Shown here piece by piece: positions 1-9,829 of a stretch of DNA of 64,000 bases. Numbering within the stretch: the stretch's first letter is position 1; each line of letters opens with the position of its first letter. This DNA is from a bacterium. Lineage in GTDB: Bacteria; Patescibacteriota; Minisyncoccia; Phycocordibacterales; JAGLPS01. The notes below the pieces were generated by a model that was not told the origin of the DNA, did no database searches, and was given only the letters and a program-made list of their open reading frames with translations. The stretch is taken from contig JAUYHB010000027.1 in NCBI GenBank assembly GCA_030690305.1, positions 79,670-143,669 of the forward strand, given 5' to 3'. Both the position numbers and the translations under genes were made by a program.

Positions 1-1646
1 TCAACACTATTCTTGTGCTCGTTCAAGAGAGATAGCTTTGTTTCTATTTCTTTTTCCTTGTCGGTAGTGGGTTTGGGTTTTTGTGTGTCTAATTCCCCCT
101 GCTCCTTTTCTAAATCAGCCTTCTCTTTCTTTTTGGTTTCTAAACTAAAAATATCTTCTTCCAAAGAGAAAATATCCTTATTAAGTTCTAAAATATTTCG
201 GCGGCACTCTGCTTTCCGCACCTCTATCCCTTCGGTCTTACGCCTTCTTAATTCTTCAAAAGTGGTTTCACCCAACCTATCAGAAGCAGGTATATGTTGA
301 AAAATTATATCTTCAATTTCATGTTGTAGCTCCTCAAAGTTTTCCGGACGACACCTTTTTTCAATAAAGCTCTGGGAAAGATACTTAATCTTTCTCTTGG
401 GCTGGTAGTTACTAAAATCCTTGCTAATAATAGCGATATCTTGTTCGCCGTTCTTCCAGTAAAGCGTGATTTCACAACCCTCTATCGTTTCAGCAATTTG
501 TTTTGTCGGTATAAGTGCTTTGTATATGAAAGATGCTTGATCTTCCTCATCTTGTATAAAGTCGCCTCCCGCGAAAGCGATAAAATCAGCCAAGGCCGTT
601 TTACCAGAACCCTTTTCTCCTATAACAGAAGAAAGGTTTTCATTCAATAAAATCGCTTCTATTCCAAACCAACTTTTTGAGTTCTTAATCTCAACCTTAT
701 CAATAACTTTTGAAGTATTTTTGTAGGTCGGCGGTAGTTCGCCCATAAAAACTCTTTCACCTGGGTATGGCTCGTAAAGAATTTGTTTTAAGCCGTCATA
801 TATAGGATCGGCTTTAAGCCAAGTAATTTCCTTCAGATTATCTTTGCTATTAACTCGTTTTCCTACCCATTCGTCAAATTGAGAAAACGAATGTGCGTCT
901 GAACCAGAAATTACGGGTTTGGATTTAATTTCTTCCTTGCTATCTTCCAAGCGGTCATTTTTTAAGAAATGTTCGGTATTGCTGGGGTTACCAAAAAACC
1001 CATCGCTAAACTTATCTAACTCATCAGTAATCGTGGCCTTTCTCTTTATCCCTCTTACTTTTCCGTCAATTTGTTCTGTTTCGGCTCTAATTCCGTCATT
1101 GTTTGCGGCTGTAAATATCAATACATAATTTGATATATCTGCCTTACCCCCAAATGTTTTTTCCAATGCTTCGTCTATAAACTCTCGTGTTGTTGTCGCT
1201 TTCTCGTAATCTGATTGATTTGATAATTCTGATGCTGTGATATAGCGACCCTCTCCGACAGTTTTATTTGTATTTAATTTTTGTAAAAAAGTTTTGATTT
1301 TCTGTTCAAGGTTTTCAATCTTCGTATTAAACAATAAATGGATGTTGACTTCCTCCTGTGCTTTGTTAACAACATAGCTGGTGGCTAACTCAACATTCGG
1401 AAAAAATTGTTTTTTTGATTTCGGATATTTGGTCTTAAACTTACTAATAAAAATAAAATAGTTATCGGCTGAAAAATAATCCGTAATGCCAAAAACCGCC
1501 GTATCGGATTCTTCTACCTTTTTACAAAATTCATCCCAAACATCACCATCTTTTTCTTCAAGACGGTATTGGTCATTCTTTTTGGTCTTGGGAGTGTGAA
1601 CATGTAAGTCCCATTTTCTCCAAATTGATCCTCGCGGTGAGTTCAT
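1..1646 (-). CDS. PHP-domain + ABC/SMC-like ATPase (TrlF/Ppl-like defence protein), 3' end runs off the window; absent from the ORF track
   Basis: Manual translation from ATG at 1646 gives MNSPRGSIWRKWDLHVHTP (PHP HxH), FGITDYFS, KPVISGSDAHS, ITWLKADPTYDGLKQILYEP, then Walker A VIGEKGSGKT near 600-625. Confidence 0.85.
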   Translation of the reverse strand, partial: MNSPRGSIWRKWDLHVHTPKTKKNDQYRLEEKDGDVWDEFCKKVEESDTAVFGITDYFSADNYFIFISKFKTKYPKSKKQFFPNVELATSYVVNKAQEEVNIHLLFNTKIENLEQKIKTFLQKLNTNKTVGEGRYITASELSNQSDYEKATTTREFIDEALEKTFGGKADISNYVLIFTAANNDGIRAETEQIDGKVRGIKRKATITDELDKFSDGFFGNPSNTEHFLKNDRLEDSKEEIKSKPVISGSDAHSFSQFDEWVGKRVNSKDNLKEITWLKADPIYDGLKQILYEPYPGERVFMGELPPTYKNTSKVIDKVEIKNSKSWFGIEAILLNENLSSVIGEKGSGKTALADFIAFAGGDFIQDEEDQASFIYKALIPTKQIAETIEGCEITLYWKNGEQDIAIISKDFSNYQPKRKIKYLSQSFIEKRCRPENFEELQHEIEDIIFQHIPASDRLGETTFEELRRRKTEGIEVRKAECRRNILELNKDIFSLEEDIFSLETKKKEKADLEKEQGELDTQKPKPTTDKEKEIETKLSLLNEHKNSV

Positions 1647-1650
1647 AATT

Positions 1651-4344
1651 TTATTTAACTACCTCAAAAATATCCCCCGGCTTTTCTAGCGTCTTAAATT
1701 CCCAATTGCCGAAGTTGCCATTGAGATTTACCGCTCTTACCCACTCTTGAGCCGCCGCCCACTTGGCGTCGTCCTGATCGGTTTTCTGACCCTTTACCTC
1801 CAAGATTAGATAGTGGTTATCCGTAAACTTAATTATGAAATCGGGGAAGTAGGTATGGAGCGAACCTTTCCAAAGATAGTAAATTTCAAAACCGAGATGG
1901 TCGTTTTTAGCCCACGACACCAGCCCCGGAATCCTGTCGCGTTCAAACTCAAACGCCATACTACCTTCCCACTTGCTATCGGCAACGACATGGCTTATCT
2001 GACTTTTTTTGACCGGCTGGGTTGGCTTGCTTGTATACCACACAAACGCACTTGCGGTGCTTCTTACCGGCCGCACAGTGTCAAAGATAGCGACAGGGTC
2101 TTCGGAGCTTGAACTTTTTATAAACTGTCCGAGGTGATCTACAATCTTTTGTAGATTAAGGGAGATAACTATCCGCTTGAGTAATTCTGCGTGCTCAAAC
2201 TGCGGCACTTTAGCGACAAGTTTCTCGGACGCTATGAACTCATCAATTATTTTTAGAAGTTGGCTAACATGACTTGCCGGATTGCCTTCCCAATTTTCCT
2301 TGAACCGCTCCCGAAGCCGGACGGCGGCTTGGAGCTTGAGAGTTTGGAAACGCTTTTCTTCTCCGAACTTCATCAAGTCAAGCTCGGTCAGGCGGGTCAG
2401 GTCCGGCTTTCCGTCAATGACAGGCGCAACTTCTACCACAGTTCGCGCATCCTCGGTTGAAAGCTCAAGCGGCTTTAACTTATTCCAGTCAAGCTCCAAG
2501 AAGTAGTTGAGCTTATAATCAACGCGGAGCACATGAGGCCAGCGAATCTCTAATGTCGCGCGCTCCGCTATCGGCTCAATCTTAGTTTTTGGCACTGGCG
2601 GCTTCGGTGGCTTTCCGGTGTCCTCAACGGGCAGATAAGTAAACGGCACGCCGAAGACAGTTACATACTCCGGTTCGGAAAGATTGCCATAATCAATACG
2701 GCGTAACCCGCGACCGATAACTTGCTCGCATAAAAGTTGGCTCGTGAAAGCACGGACGCCCAAGATGTGCGTTACTGTTTGCGCGTCCCAACCTTCCGAT
2801 AACATATTTACTCCTATGACGCATTGGACTTGTGCGCCGGGCTTTCCCTCTTTGCCGACTGTATTCACTTGCTCCCGAAGTTCCTCGGCAAGCTCGCGTT
2901 TGTTTTTTACAAGCTCCTCGCCCTCCTCGGCCTCAATCTTATCAAGCGCGTCCTGATCAATACGAATTAAACCATCGCCTAACTCTCGCGTTACAATGTG
3001 GCCATTTTTGATGGCGTATTCAATGCGCGCCGCCGTTTCCGTGCGGTTACAAATCATAATCATCACCGGCGGCGTTTTAATAGTAGGACGCAGTTTTTTC
3101 CAGTCGTCTTTTTCTCGCAACCAATCACCGCCCAAAATATCAATCGCGTTTGATAAAAGATCGGGCAACCCCTCGTGTGGCTCGGCGCGGCGGTTCAAAT
3201 CGTCTTTGACTTCGGGGTAAATGTGAAAAAGTTTAGAGCGCAAATCTTTGTTCATATTTACTGAATCATCACGAACCGCAATACGCGGAGTTTTTACCAA
3301 TCCGCTTTCAATTGCGTCGTTTAACCCGAAGTCGCTGACAATCCAAGTGAAAAGCTCCTCGCCACGATTATTGCTTCCGGTTGGACGAAATGGTGTTGCG
3401 GTCAAATCAAACGCTTTTAATACTCCTCGCGCGCGATGGATGCGGTCAATACCGCTAATCCAAATCGTCGCCTTCTCTTGCTCCTCTTTGTCTTCCTCTT
3501 GAGATGGCCGGTGGCAATGGTGGGCTTCGTCGTTGATAATCAAAATATTTTGAGCGTTGCCAATGTCGGGCACAACTCGGCGTGTAAACGCCTCATCGCT
3601 TTCCGGACCTTTCTTTACCACCTTCGGGCCATAGTTCTCATTGACCGGCGCAAGCGTATGCCAGTTCTCAACGACAATTTTTGCTTGTAATAATTCTTGC
3701 CACATTGAGGACGGCACGATGTTGAATTTTTGATAAAAATTGTCTTCTCGCTCCGGTTTCAAAACGCGGAGGCGATCCTTCACAGTTAATCCGGGTGCGA
3801 CAACGAAAATGTTTTTTGTAAAACGGGTATCTGTTGGACTTGCGATCTTATTTAACGCTTGCCACGCAATCAGCATTGACATCACAACTGTTTTACCCGA
3901 GCCAGTAGCCATTTTGAAGGATTGTCTTTGCCAACCTTCCGGCTCGGATGGTAAATCAATGCCTTGCTTTTCGCTTGGGCTTGCCTCGGTAAGCCAAATA
4001 GCAGTTTCAGCCGCCTCAAGCTGGCAGAAGAAAAGCGAATACTCACGCTGTTCTCTATCGCGCCAGTATTCAAGAAGTTTACGGGTCGTGCCGGTAACAT
4101 TGGGATAATTTTCGGCACGCCATTTCTGAACTCGTGAACGAATTTTATTAACCAACTCCAGCTCAACGAACTCACCAAGATCGTCGTTACCATTACGGCC
4201 TACGCCGGATAATTTCCAATATCCTGCTTTCCGTCGCCCATCACGCAATTCAAATTCCTGACTTTCTCGGATATACGCCCAATACCGAGTTGGCTCGGTG
4301 TAGGCATCGTTGATAATCAGTTTGTCTATGCTTTTTTGGCTCAT
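1651..4344 (-). CDS. res: Type III restriction enzyme Res subunit (SF2 helicase + C-terminal PD-(D/E)xK nuclease)
   Basis: MATGSGKT, DEAHH, LTATP, MLSEGWD, EQVIGRGLR, and C-terminal PDF...LEVKG; ATGA overlap with mod. Confidence 0.92.
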   Translation of the reverse strand: MSQKSIDKLIINDAYTEPTRYWAYIRESQEFELRDGRRKAGYWKLSGVGRNGNDDLGEFVELELVNKIRSRVQKWRAENYPNVTGTTRKLLEYWRDREQREYSLFFCQLEAAETAIWLTEASPSEKQGIDLPSEPEGWQRQSFKMATGSGKTVVMSMLIAWQALNKIASPTDTRFTKNIFVVAPGLTVKDRLRVLKPEREDNFYQKFNIVPSSMWQELLQAKIVVENWHTLAPVNENYGPKVVKKGPESDEAFTRRVVPDIGNAQNILIINDEAHHCHRPSQEEDKEEQEKATIWISGIDRIHRARGVLKAFDLTATPFRPTGSNNRGEELFTWIVSDFGLNDAIESGLVKTPRIAVRDDSVNMNKDLRSKLFHIYPEVKDDLNRRAEPHEGLPDLLSNAIDILGGDWLREKDDWKKLRPTIKTPPVMIMICNRTETAARIEYAIKNGHIVTRELGDGLIRIDQDALDKIEAEEGEELVKNKRELAEELREQVNTVGKEGKPGAQVQCVIGVNMLSEGWDAQTVTHILGVRAFTSQLLCEQVIGRGLRRIDYGNLSEPEYVTVFGVPFTYLPVEDTGKPPKPPVPKTKIEPIAERATLEIRWPHVLRVDYKLNYFLELDWNKLKPLELSTEDARTVVEVAPVIDGKPDLTRLTELDLMKFGEEKRFQTLKLQAAVRLRERFKENWEGNPASHVSQLLKIIDEFIASEKLVAKVPQFEHAELLKRIVISLNLQKIVDHLGQFIKSSSSEDPVAIFDTVRPVRSTASAFVWYTSKPTQPVKKSQISHVVADSKWEGSMAFEFERDRIPGLVSWAKNDHLGFEIYYLWKGSLHTYFPDFIIKFTDNHYLILEVKGQKTDQDDAKWAAAQEWVRAVNLNGNFGNWEFKTLEKPGDIFEVVK

Positions 4345-6839
4345 AATTTTTTGATGACAAACGATTCAATACCTCGGTCGTCAATAATTTTGATGGCAAC
4401 TTTTTTATGTTCGCCCACCTTAAACGGCAGTGATTCAACACCAATAAACGAATCCATTACTTCTTCGTTCACCGCGCCGTTCAAAGTTTTCGCAAGACCA
4501 GTCCAATCCCGCTTTTCATCTTTCATTGGGAAGAAAACTTGAACGGGTAAAATACTTTGCTCGTCGTAATCAGTATCCAACATCCACATCGCAATCCGAG
4601 TGGTATCGCCGGAATCAATCTCGCCCGTAACGGGATTATAGTAATCAAATCCATTAACGCGCACCTTGTATGTGCCGCCTTTGCTTTTAACAACCTCAAT
4701 GTCCGGCTGGCCAATAAGCCAGTAGCTTTGGCTGGACGAACGCTTCTTGCGTAAATCCGAAGTTAGAAGATCAACGCTCATCTGCGCTTTGAGTATGGAA
4801 ACACCCGGCCATTTCATCTCATCAATATCCTTTGACGCTTCGGGGTCAAAATGAAATGCCGCAAAGATGACGAGTTCCGGTTTATCGGCTAAAATGCGCG
4901 CCTCGTTGATAGCTTCCTCTACTTGGCGTTGCTCAAGCGGGCCGTAATCCGGGCCGAAACTGATAACCGCTTTTTTCTGTTTTCCTTTCTCGTCTAAAAT
5001 TTCACCTTCGGCGTGTAAATACTTTGTCCCCGCCATCGGTTCAATACGAGAAAAATTGATGATACTCCCGCCCACGGCTCGGATACCGGACGACTTCAAC
5101 TCGTCGCGCCATACTGCCTGATTCGCTGTTTCTCCGGTGCGCGCAATGTCTTCGCCGGTTGTAGTAACTTTCTGCTGACTTCCGTCAAATGGTTTAACAC
5201 GAAGTCCGGGAACAGCTTCAACTGTAAATGGACTGGCTACACGGACTTTACTTGTGTCAATTACTGGCTGGTCATAAAGAATTTCCTGTTTGTCTAATTC
5301 ATTGTTTGCGATTGATTTAATTGTGATATGAGGAACTTTCCTATATACAAAACCGCTTCCTACTCCTTCGGTTGGATGAGCAAGTTGATAGTGGTCAAAA
5401 TAAGAAGTCATAAGTCGTTGTTTCGCAAGCGTAATAGCAACGCGCGAGGTGTCGCAAGTTATCCAGCGACGACCCCACTGTTCGGCTACATGAGCAGTAG
5501 TGCCGCTTCCGCATGTTGGGTCAAACACTATATCGCTTGGATCAGTAGTCATCAAAATACATCTTTTCAAAATCTCTTTTGATGTTTGAACGGCATAAAT
5601 CTTTTTTAGTTCGCCAACTGTATCAGTCCAAACATTAGTATATTTACTAACTGGAAAATCATCAAAATAATTTACAAATCTTAATGTGTTGCCGAACGCT
5701 ACCAACCGCTTTGCGGCCTCCAATTTTTTCATACCTTCAAGATTGGTCTTCCAACTCCGATTTCTTCCGGGCTTAAAGGTTCTTCCTTCAAATTCATAAT
5801 CAAAAACACAACTTGCTGTTAAACCTGAAGAAACAAGGTCTGCCGAGCTAAATATTTTACTGCCTTTAGGGAGAAGTGAAGGGTTATGTATTTCCTCGGC
5901 CGATAAACTGCGTCGTTCTCCACTTGGAAGGTGAGCATAACCAAACGCTCCTTCGGTTGAATCTTTCTCTTTAAACAGTTGGCGATATTTAATTTTATTT
6001 CTATCCTTCGCATACCAAAGCAGATAGTTAGCAATACCAGTTAGTCCTTTACTTCCAAGTCCACTTGTTGTTCTAAAAGTAATAAGAGAAAAAAAGTTTT
6101 GACTACCGAATACTTCATCAAGTAATTCTCTGACATGGTGGATGTTTTCGTCTCCAATTTGGACAAAAATTGAACCGGAATCGCTTAACAACTCACGAGC
6201 GAGAAGGAAACGATCTTTCAAATAAGAAAGATAAGAGTGTATACCCAACTCCCATGTATCACGAAACGCTTTAATGGTTTCCGGCTCGGATGGTAAATCC
6301 TCATCTCTGTCCTTAACATCTTTACGATTAACGAACGGCTGAAAATTTGAGTTGTATGTTATACCGAAGGGAGGGTCTACATAAATCATCTGAACTTCGC
6401 CAGCCATACCCTCTTTTTGTAGCAAGCTATTCATCACAAGGAGCGAATCACCAGCGATAAGACGGTTCGTCCAATCTTGCGCGTGATGATAAAACTCAAA
6501 CGCCTTACCAATCGTGAGTTTTTTCTCAAAAGCGTCAAAGAGTGTCGCCTGTTGATTGAGTTCTTCTTCTTTCAAAAATGATTTTACAATACGCATAGGA
6601 TCAATGCGCTCGTGAATATGTAAACTCAAATTGCGGACATTGACTTCGTTGCCTTCTTGTTTACCAGCCCAAGAGAGATACGGATCAATATGCGGATCGT
6701 GCGCGTATTTTGTAATGCCATTCAACTTGTCGGTTTGTGATGACACAAGACCGACCGGCGGATTATTCTTTCGCTTTTTATCCGCGTGTGAATATGCCTC
6801 AACTGATATTCTTTTCTTTTTTGATGCTTTGCGTGGCAT
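4341..6839 (-). CDS. mod: Type III R-M Mod subunit, beta-class amino-DNA methyltransferase
   Basis: Catalytic DPPF precedes SAM-binding FDPTCGSGTT; directly upstream of res. Confidence 0.92.
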   Translation of the reverse strand: MPRKASKKKRISVEAYSHADKKRKNNPPVGLVSSQTDKLNGITKYAHDPHIDPYLSWAGKQEGNEVNVRNLSLHIHERIDPMRIVKSFLKEEELNQQATLFDAFEKKLTIGKAFEFYHHAQDWTNRLIAGDSLLVMNSLLQKEGMAGEVQMIYVDPPFGITYNSNFQPFVNRKDVKDRDEDLPSEPETIKAFRDTWELGIHSYLSYLKDRFLLARELLSDSGSIFVQIGDENIHHVRELLDEVFGSQNFFSLITFRTTSGLGSKGLTGIANYLLWYAKDRNKIKYRQLFKEKDSTEGAFGYAHLPSGERRSLSAEEIHNPSLLPKGSKIFSSADLVSSGLTASCVFDYEFEGRTFKPGRNRSWKTNLEGMKKLEAAKRLVAFGNTLRFVNYFDDFPVSKYTNVWTDTVGELKKIYAVQTSKEILKRCILMTTDPSDIVFDPTCGSGTTAHVAEQWGRRWITCDTSRVAITLAKQRLMTSYFDHYQLAHPTEGVGSGFVYRKVPHITIKSIANNELDKQEILYDQPVIDTSKVRVASPFTVEAVPGLRVKPFDGSQQKVTTTGEDIARTGETANQAVWRDELKSSGIRAVGGSIINFSRIEPMAGTKYLHAEGEILDEKGKQKKAVISFGPDYGPLEQRQVEEAINEARILADKPELVIFAAFHFDPEASKDIDEMKWPGVSILKAQMSVDLLTSDLRKKRSSSQSYWLIGQPDIEVVKSKGGTYKVRVNGFDYYNPVTGEIDSGDTTRIAMWMLDTDYDEQSILPVQVFFPMKDEKRDWTGLAKTLNGAVNEEVMDSFIGVESLPFKVGEHKKVAIKIIDDRGIESFVIKKL

Positions 6840-6843
6840 AAGA

Positions 6844-7050
6844 TTATTTAATTAAATCCTCAATAGGCACGCCTAATGCTTTTGCTACTCGTTCGATATT
6901 TCTAAGGGCCATATTTCTTACACCTCTCTCAATGCCGCTAATGTAGGTTGGGTGTACACCTAAAACCTTGGCGAGGCTGCCTTGAGACATTTCTTTCTTC
7001 AGGCGGATCTCACGAACGCGCTTTCCAAATTTGATTGAGATATCAGGCAT
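6844..7050 (-). CDS. XRE/Cro HTH regulator, probable R-M controller (C) protein
   Basis: FGKRVREIRLKKEMSQGSLA...YISGIERGVRN; ends 4 nt before the mod start. Confidence 0.85.
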   Translation of the reverse strand: MPDISIKFGKRVREIRLKKEMSQGSLAKVLGVHPTYISGIERGVRNMALRNIERVAKALGVPIEDLIK

Positions 7051-7157
7051 GGTCAAAATGTGTTTATTTTCGTTATTATAGCAACCCTTGTAACATTATT
7101 CTATATAGGATTATTATTCTACAAGATGACATTTCCTTGTTTTTTATCAGATTCAAG

Positions 7158-7774
<617 letters not shown>

Positions 7775-7778
7775 AATA

Positions 7779-7818
7779 AAAAGAACTAAATTATTAAACT
7801 TAATAATTTAGTTCTTTT
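7779..7818. terminator. Bidirectional intrinsic terminator, the intron insertion target
   Basis: AAAAGAACTAAATTATTAA-ac-TTAATAATTTAGTTCTTTT, perfect inverted repeat. Confidence 0.8.
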
Positions 7819-7848
7819 AAATTCAACCAATTCCCAATTCTAAAAGGA

Positions 7849-8055
7849 CTATCTCACAAAAGTAGTAAAGGTGAGTTTAAAGCTTTCAAACCTTTTTTTC
7901 TTAATCTTTTCTGCATCACGAAGATACTTTTCCCCTTGCTTTATGACCCATTTCTCATCAGCATAAGCATCGTGAAAAGATTGGCTTAGAGAATCCAAAA
8001 ACTCCATTTCTTCTTTCTCATCTTTGCTGGTTTTCTCTCGCTTGACTCTAGTCAT
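7849..8055 (-). CDS. Small highly charged hypothetical protein (68 aa)
   Basis: Strong SD AGGAGGT upstream of ATG 8055; follows the protease gene by 30 nt and precedes the terminator. Confidence 0.7.
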   Translation of the reverse strand: MTRVKREKTSKDEKEEMEFLDSLSQSFHDAYADEKWVIKQGEKYLRDAEKIKKKRFESFKLTFTTFVR

Positions 8056-8085
8056 TGATATCACCTCCTGAGTAATTTTTTAGAA

Positions 8086-9399
8086 TTAAATTGTCAACAA
8101 ACTTATACTTCTATCTAATCGTATTCTGAAATTATAAAACATACTTGATGAAGATTGCAAATGCCTCGTTGGGTCAGCAATTATACCCACCATCATTTCC
8201 CTGCCGTTTTTCGATAATACAACCTCACAAAACCATAAATAATGCGGCAAATTTGACTTTACCATTTCCTCAAACCTACTTTTGTCCTTGTCAGATAGAG
8301 TCTTTTTCTTGGGGTTCATTAGAAAATTCTTTAATATACTATTATCCACAATTAAGAATCTTTCTGATTTTACCTCATAACCCTCTTTAAGAAATACACT
8401 TTTTACAAAACGTACATAATTTTTCTTCATATTTGGAAAAGGGATAAAAACTTTTTCCATTTCTGGGACTATCATATACCCATTTGGTTTTATATAATCT
8501 TCGATAGCTTCCCAATTTACTAAATCTACAAAAGATTTGCCTTTCCTAGTATCACCATCCAAATCTTTTTGTTGGAAAAAAGCACCAGAATCATCGTATA
8601 CTAAATATTTTCTTCGGTTGTCTATTCCAAGCGTATGCCCAATTACAGTAATAACATGATCGTTTGACGTTAAAATTATGGGCAATTTACTTTCTATATA
8701 ACTATCCGCCCATTCTCTAAAATATTCTTTATACTTGTTAAAATGTATACTTGAAATTGGAATTTTGGCATTATTAAAAATTTCTATCATGTGATAAATA
8801 GTAATACCCTCGCTGGAGATCATTTTAGTCTTAAACGAGTATCCGCCAACAATGTCAGAAAGTTTTATCAAATTATATTCCAATGTTCTTCTCACAAATT
8901 TTGTAACCATAGCTATAGCAGCATGGGCGCATATTGTGACAACACCATCTTGAGAAAAAAATGGAAAAGTATGAATAATTAATTCTTTTCCACAAATATG
9001 AACAGTTTTTTTATAAGTCATTACATATACATCTTCTCCATACGTCCTCCTAAATTCATGAGCTAACATCTTCCAATTCGGATATATAAATGACAAACTG
9101 GCAGACACCTCACCGATGGGCCGTATATTCGCAAATCCAAGATAGAAATCCGATTCAATAACCTTATCTTTGAAGAAGTGAATTCTTGCTACAAAAGGCT
9201 TGAATTGATATGTTGTGTTTATATAATGCAAAGAAACCATTTCCTTCCATTCTCTCTCGATATACTCATCTTCTAATATAAAAAACTTGGCGTATTTGAT
9301 AATCCTATCTAACCTCGATATAAGATATCTTTTAATTAGTTCTTCAGGGATATTTAGTTTCTTAGCAAGTTCTTGGGATAGTAAGGCTATATGTTGCAT
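8086..9399 (-). CDS. Papain-fold (C39-like) cysteine peptidase domain protein
   Basis: SQDGVVTICAHAAIAM (Gln/Cys), DHVITVIGH (His), LVYDDSG (Asp); very AT-rich. Confidence 0.65.
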   Translation of the reverse strand: MQHIALLSQELAKKLNIPEELIKRYLISRLDRIIKYAKFFILEDEYIEREWKEMVSLHYINTTYQFKPFVARIHFFKDKVIESDFYLGFANIRPIGEVSASLSFIYPNWKMLAHEFRRTYGEDVYVMTYKKTVHICGKELIIHTFPFFSQDGVVTICAHAAIAMVTKFVRRTLEYNLIKLSDIVGGYSFKTKMISSEGITIYHMIEIFNNAKIPISSIHFNKYKEYFREWADSYIESKLPIILTSNDHVITVIGHTLGIDNRRKYLVYDDSGAFFQQKDLDGDTRKGKSFVDLVNWEAIEDYIKPNGYMIVPEMEKVFIPFPNMKKNYVRFVKSVFLKEGYEVKSERFLIVDNSILKNFLMNPKKKTLSDKDKSRFEEMVKSNLPHYLWFCEVVLSKNGREMMVGIIADPTRHLQSSSSMFYNFRIRLDRSISLLTI

Positions 9400-9674
9400 T
9401 GGTAAACCTACTTACATTTTATAGTTAGTGACTATAATTTACACAACGGATTACCCGCGCTCTTGGCACAAAGTAATCACATTTAATGAATTTTGGGCAA
9501 GCTATATTATATTAAAAATAAAAAATCTTCACTTTTGCGAGTGAAGATTCAGGATTATTGCACAGTAATAATTTTCTTCCTCAAATTTAGCCCTTAGAGT
9601 ATGCATTCTTATATACTAAAATCTATAATAACTCAACTAATTTTTATTAGGGCAATGTGCACATAAAAAGACAA

Positions 9675-9708
9675 CCCCGACTGAATCTTTAGAAAAGATT
9701 AGCCGGGG
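9675..9708 (-). terminator. Intrinsic terminator after the EEP nuclease gene
   Basis: Minus strand CCCCGGCTAATCTTT-TCT-AAAGATTCAGTCGGGG followed by TTGTCTTTTT. Confidence 0.65.
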
Positions 9709-9829
9709 GAAATATAATTTAATTTTAATACCAGCATTCAATCCTGCCAGTTAAATTTTTGTATTAGTTTAACTATAGCACGTATTTCATATTTCCATAT
9801 CTCTTTCTTGCTTATTTTTAGAGGATATT

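Noticed and set aside
13-1128. Short plus-strand ORFs in the track (13-300, 441-650, 919-1128)
   Set aside because: They are antisense shadows of the minus-strand PHP-ATPase gene.
9449-9470. CCCGCGCTCTTGGCAC as a tRNA-Leu 3' att fragment
   Set aside because: No T-loop and the spacing is off by about two nt; too degenerate to call.
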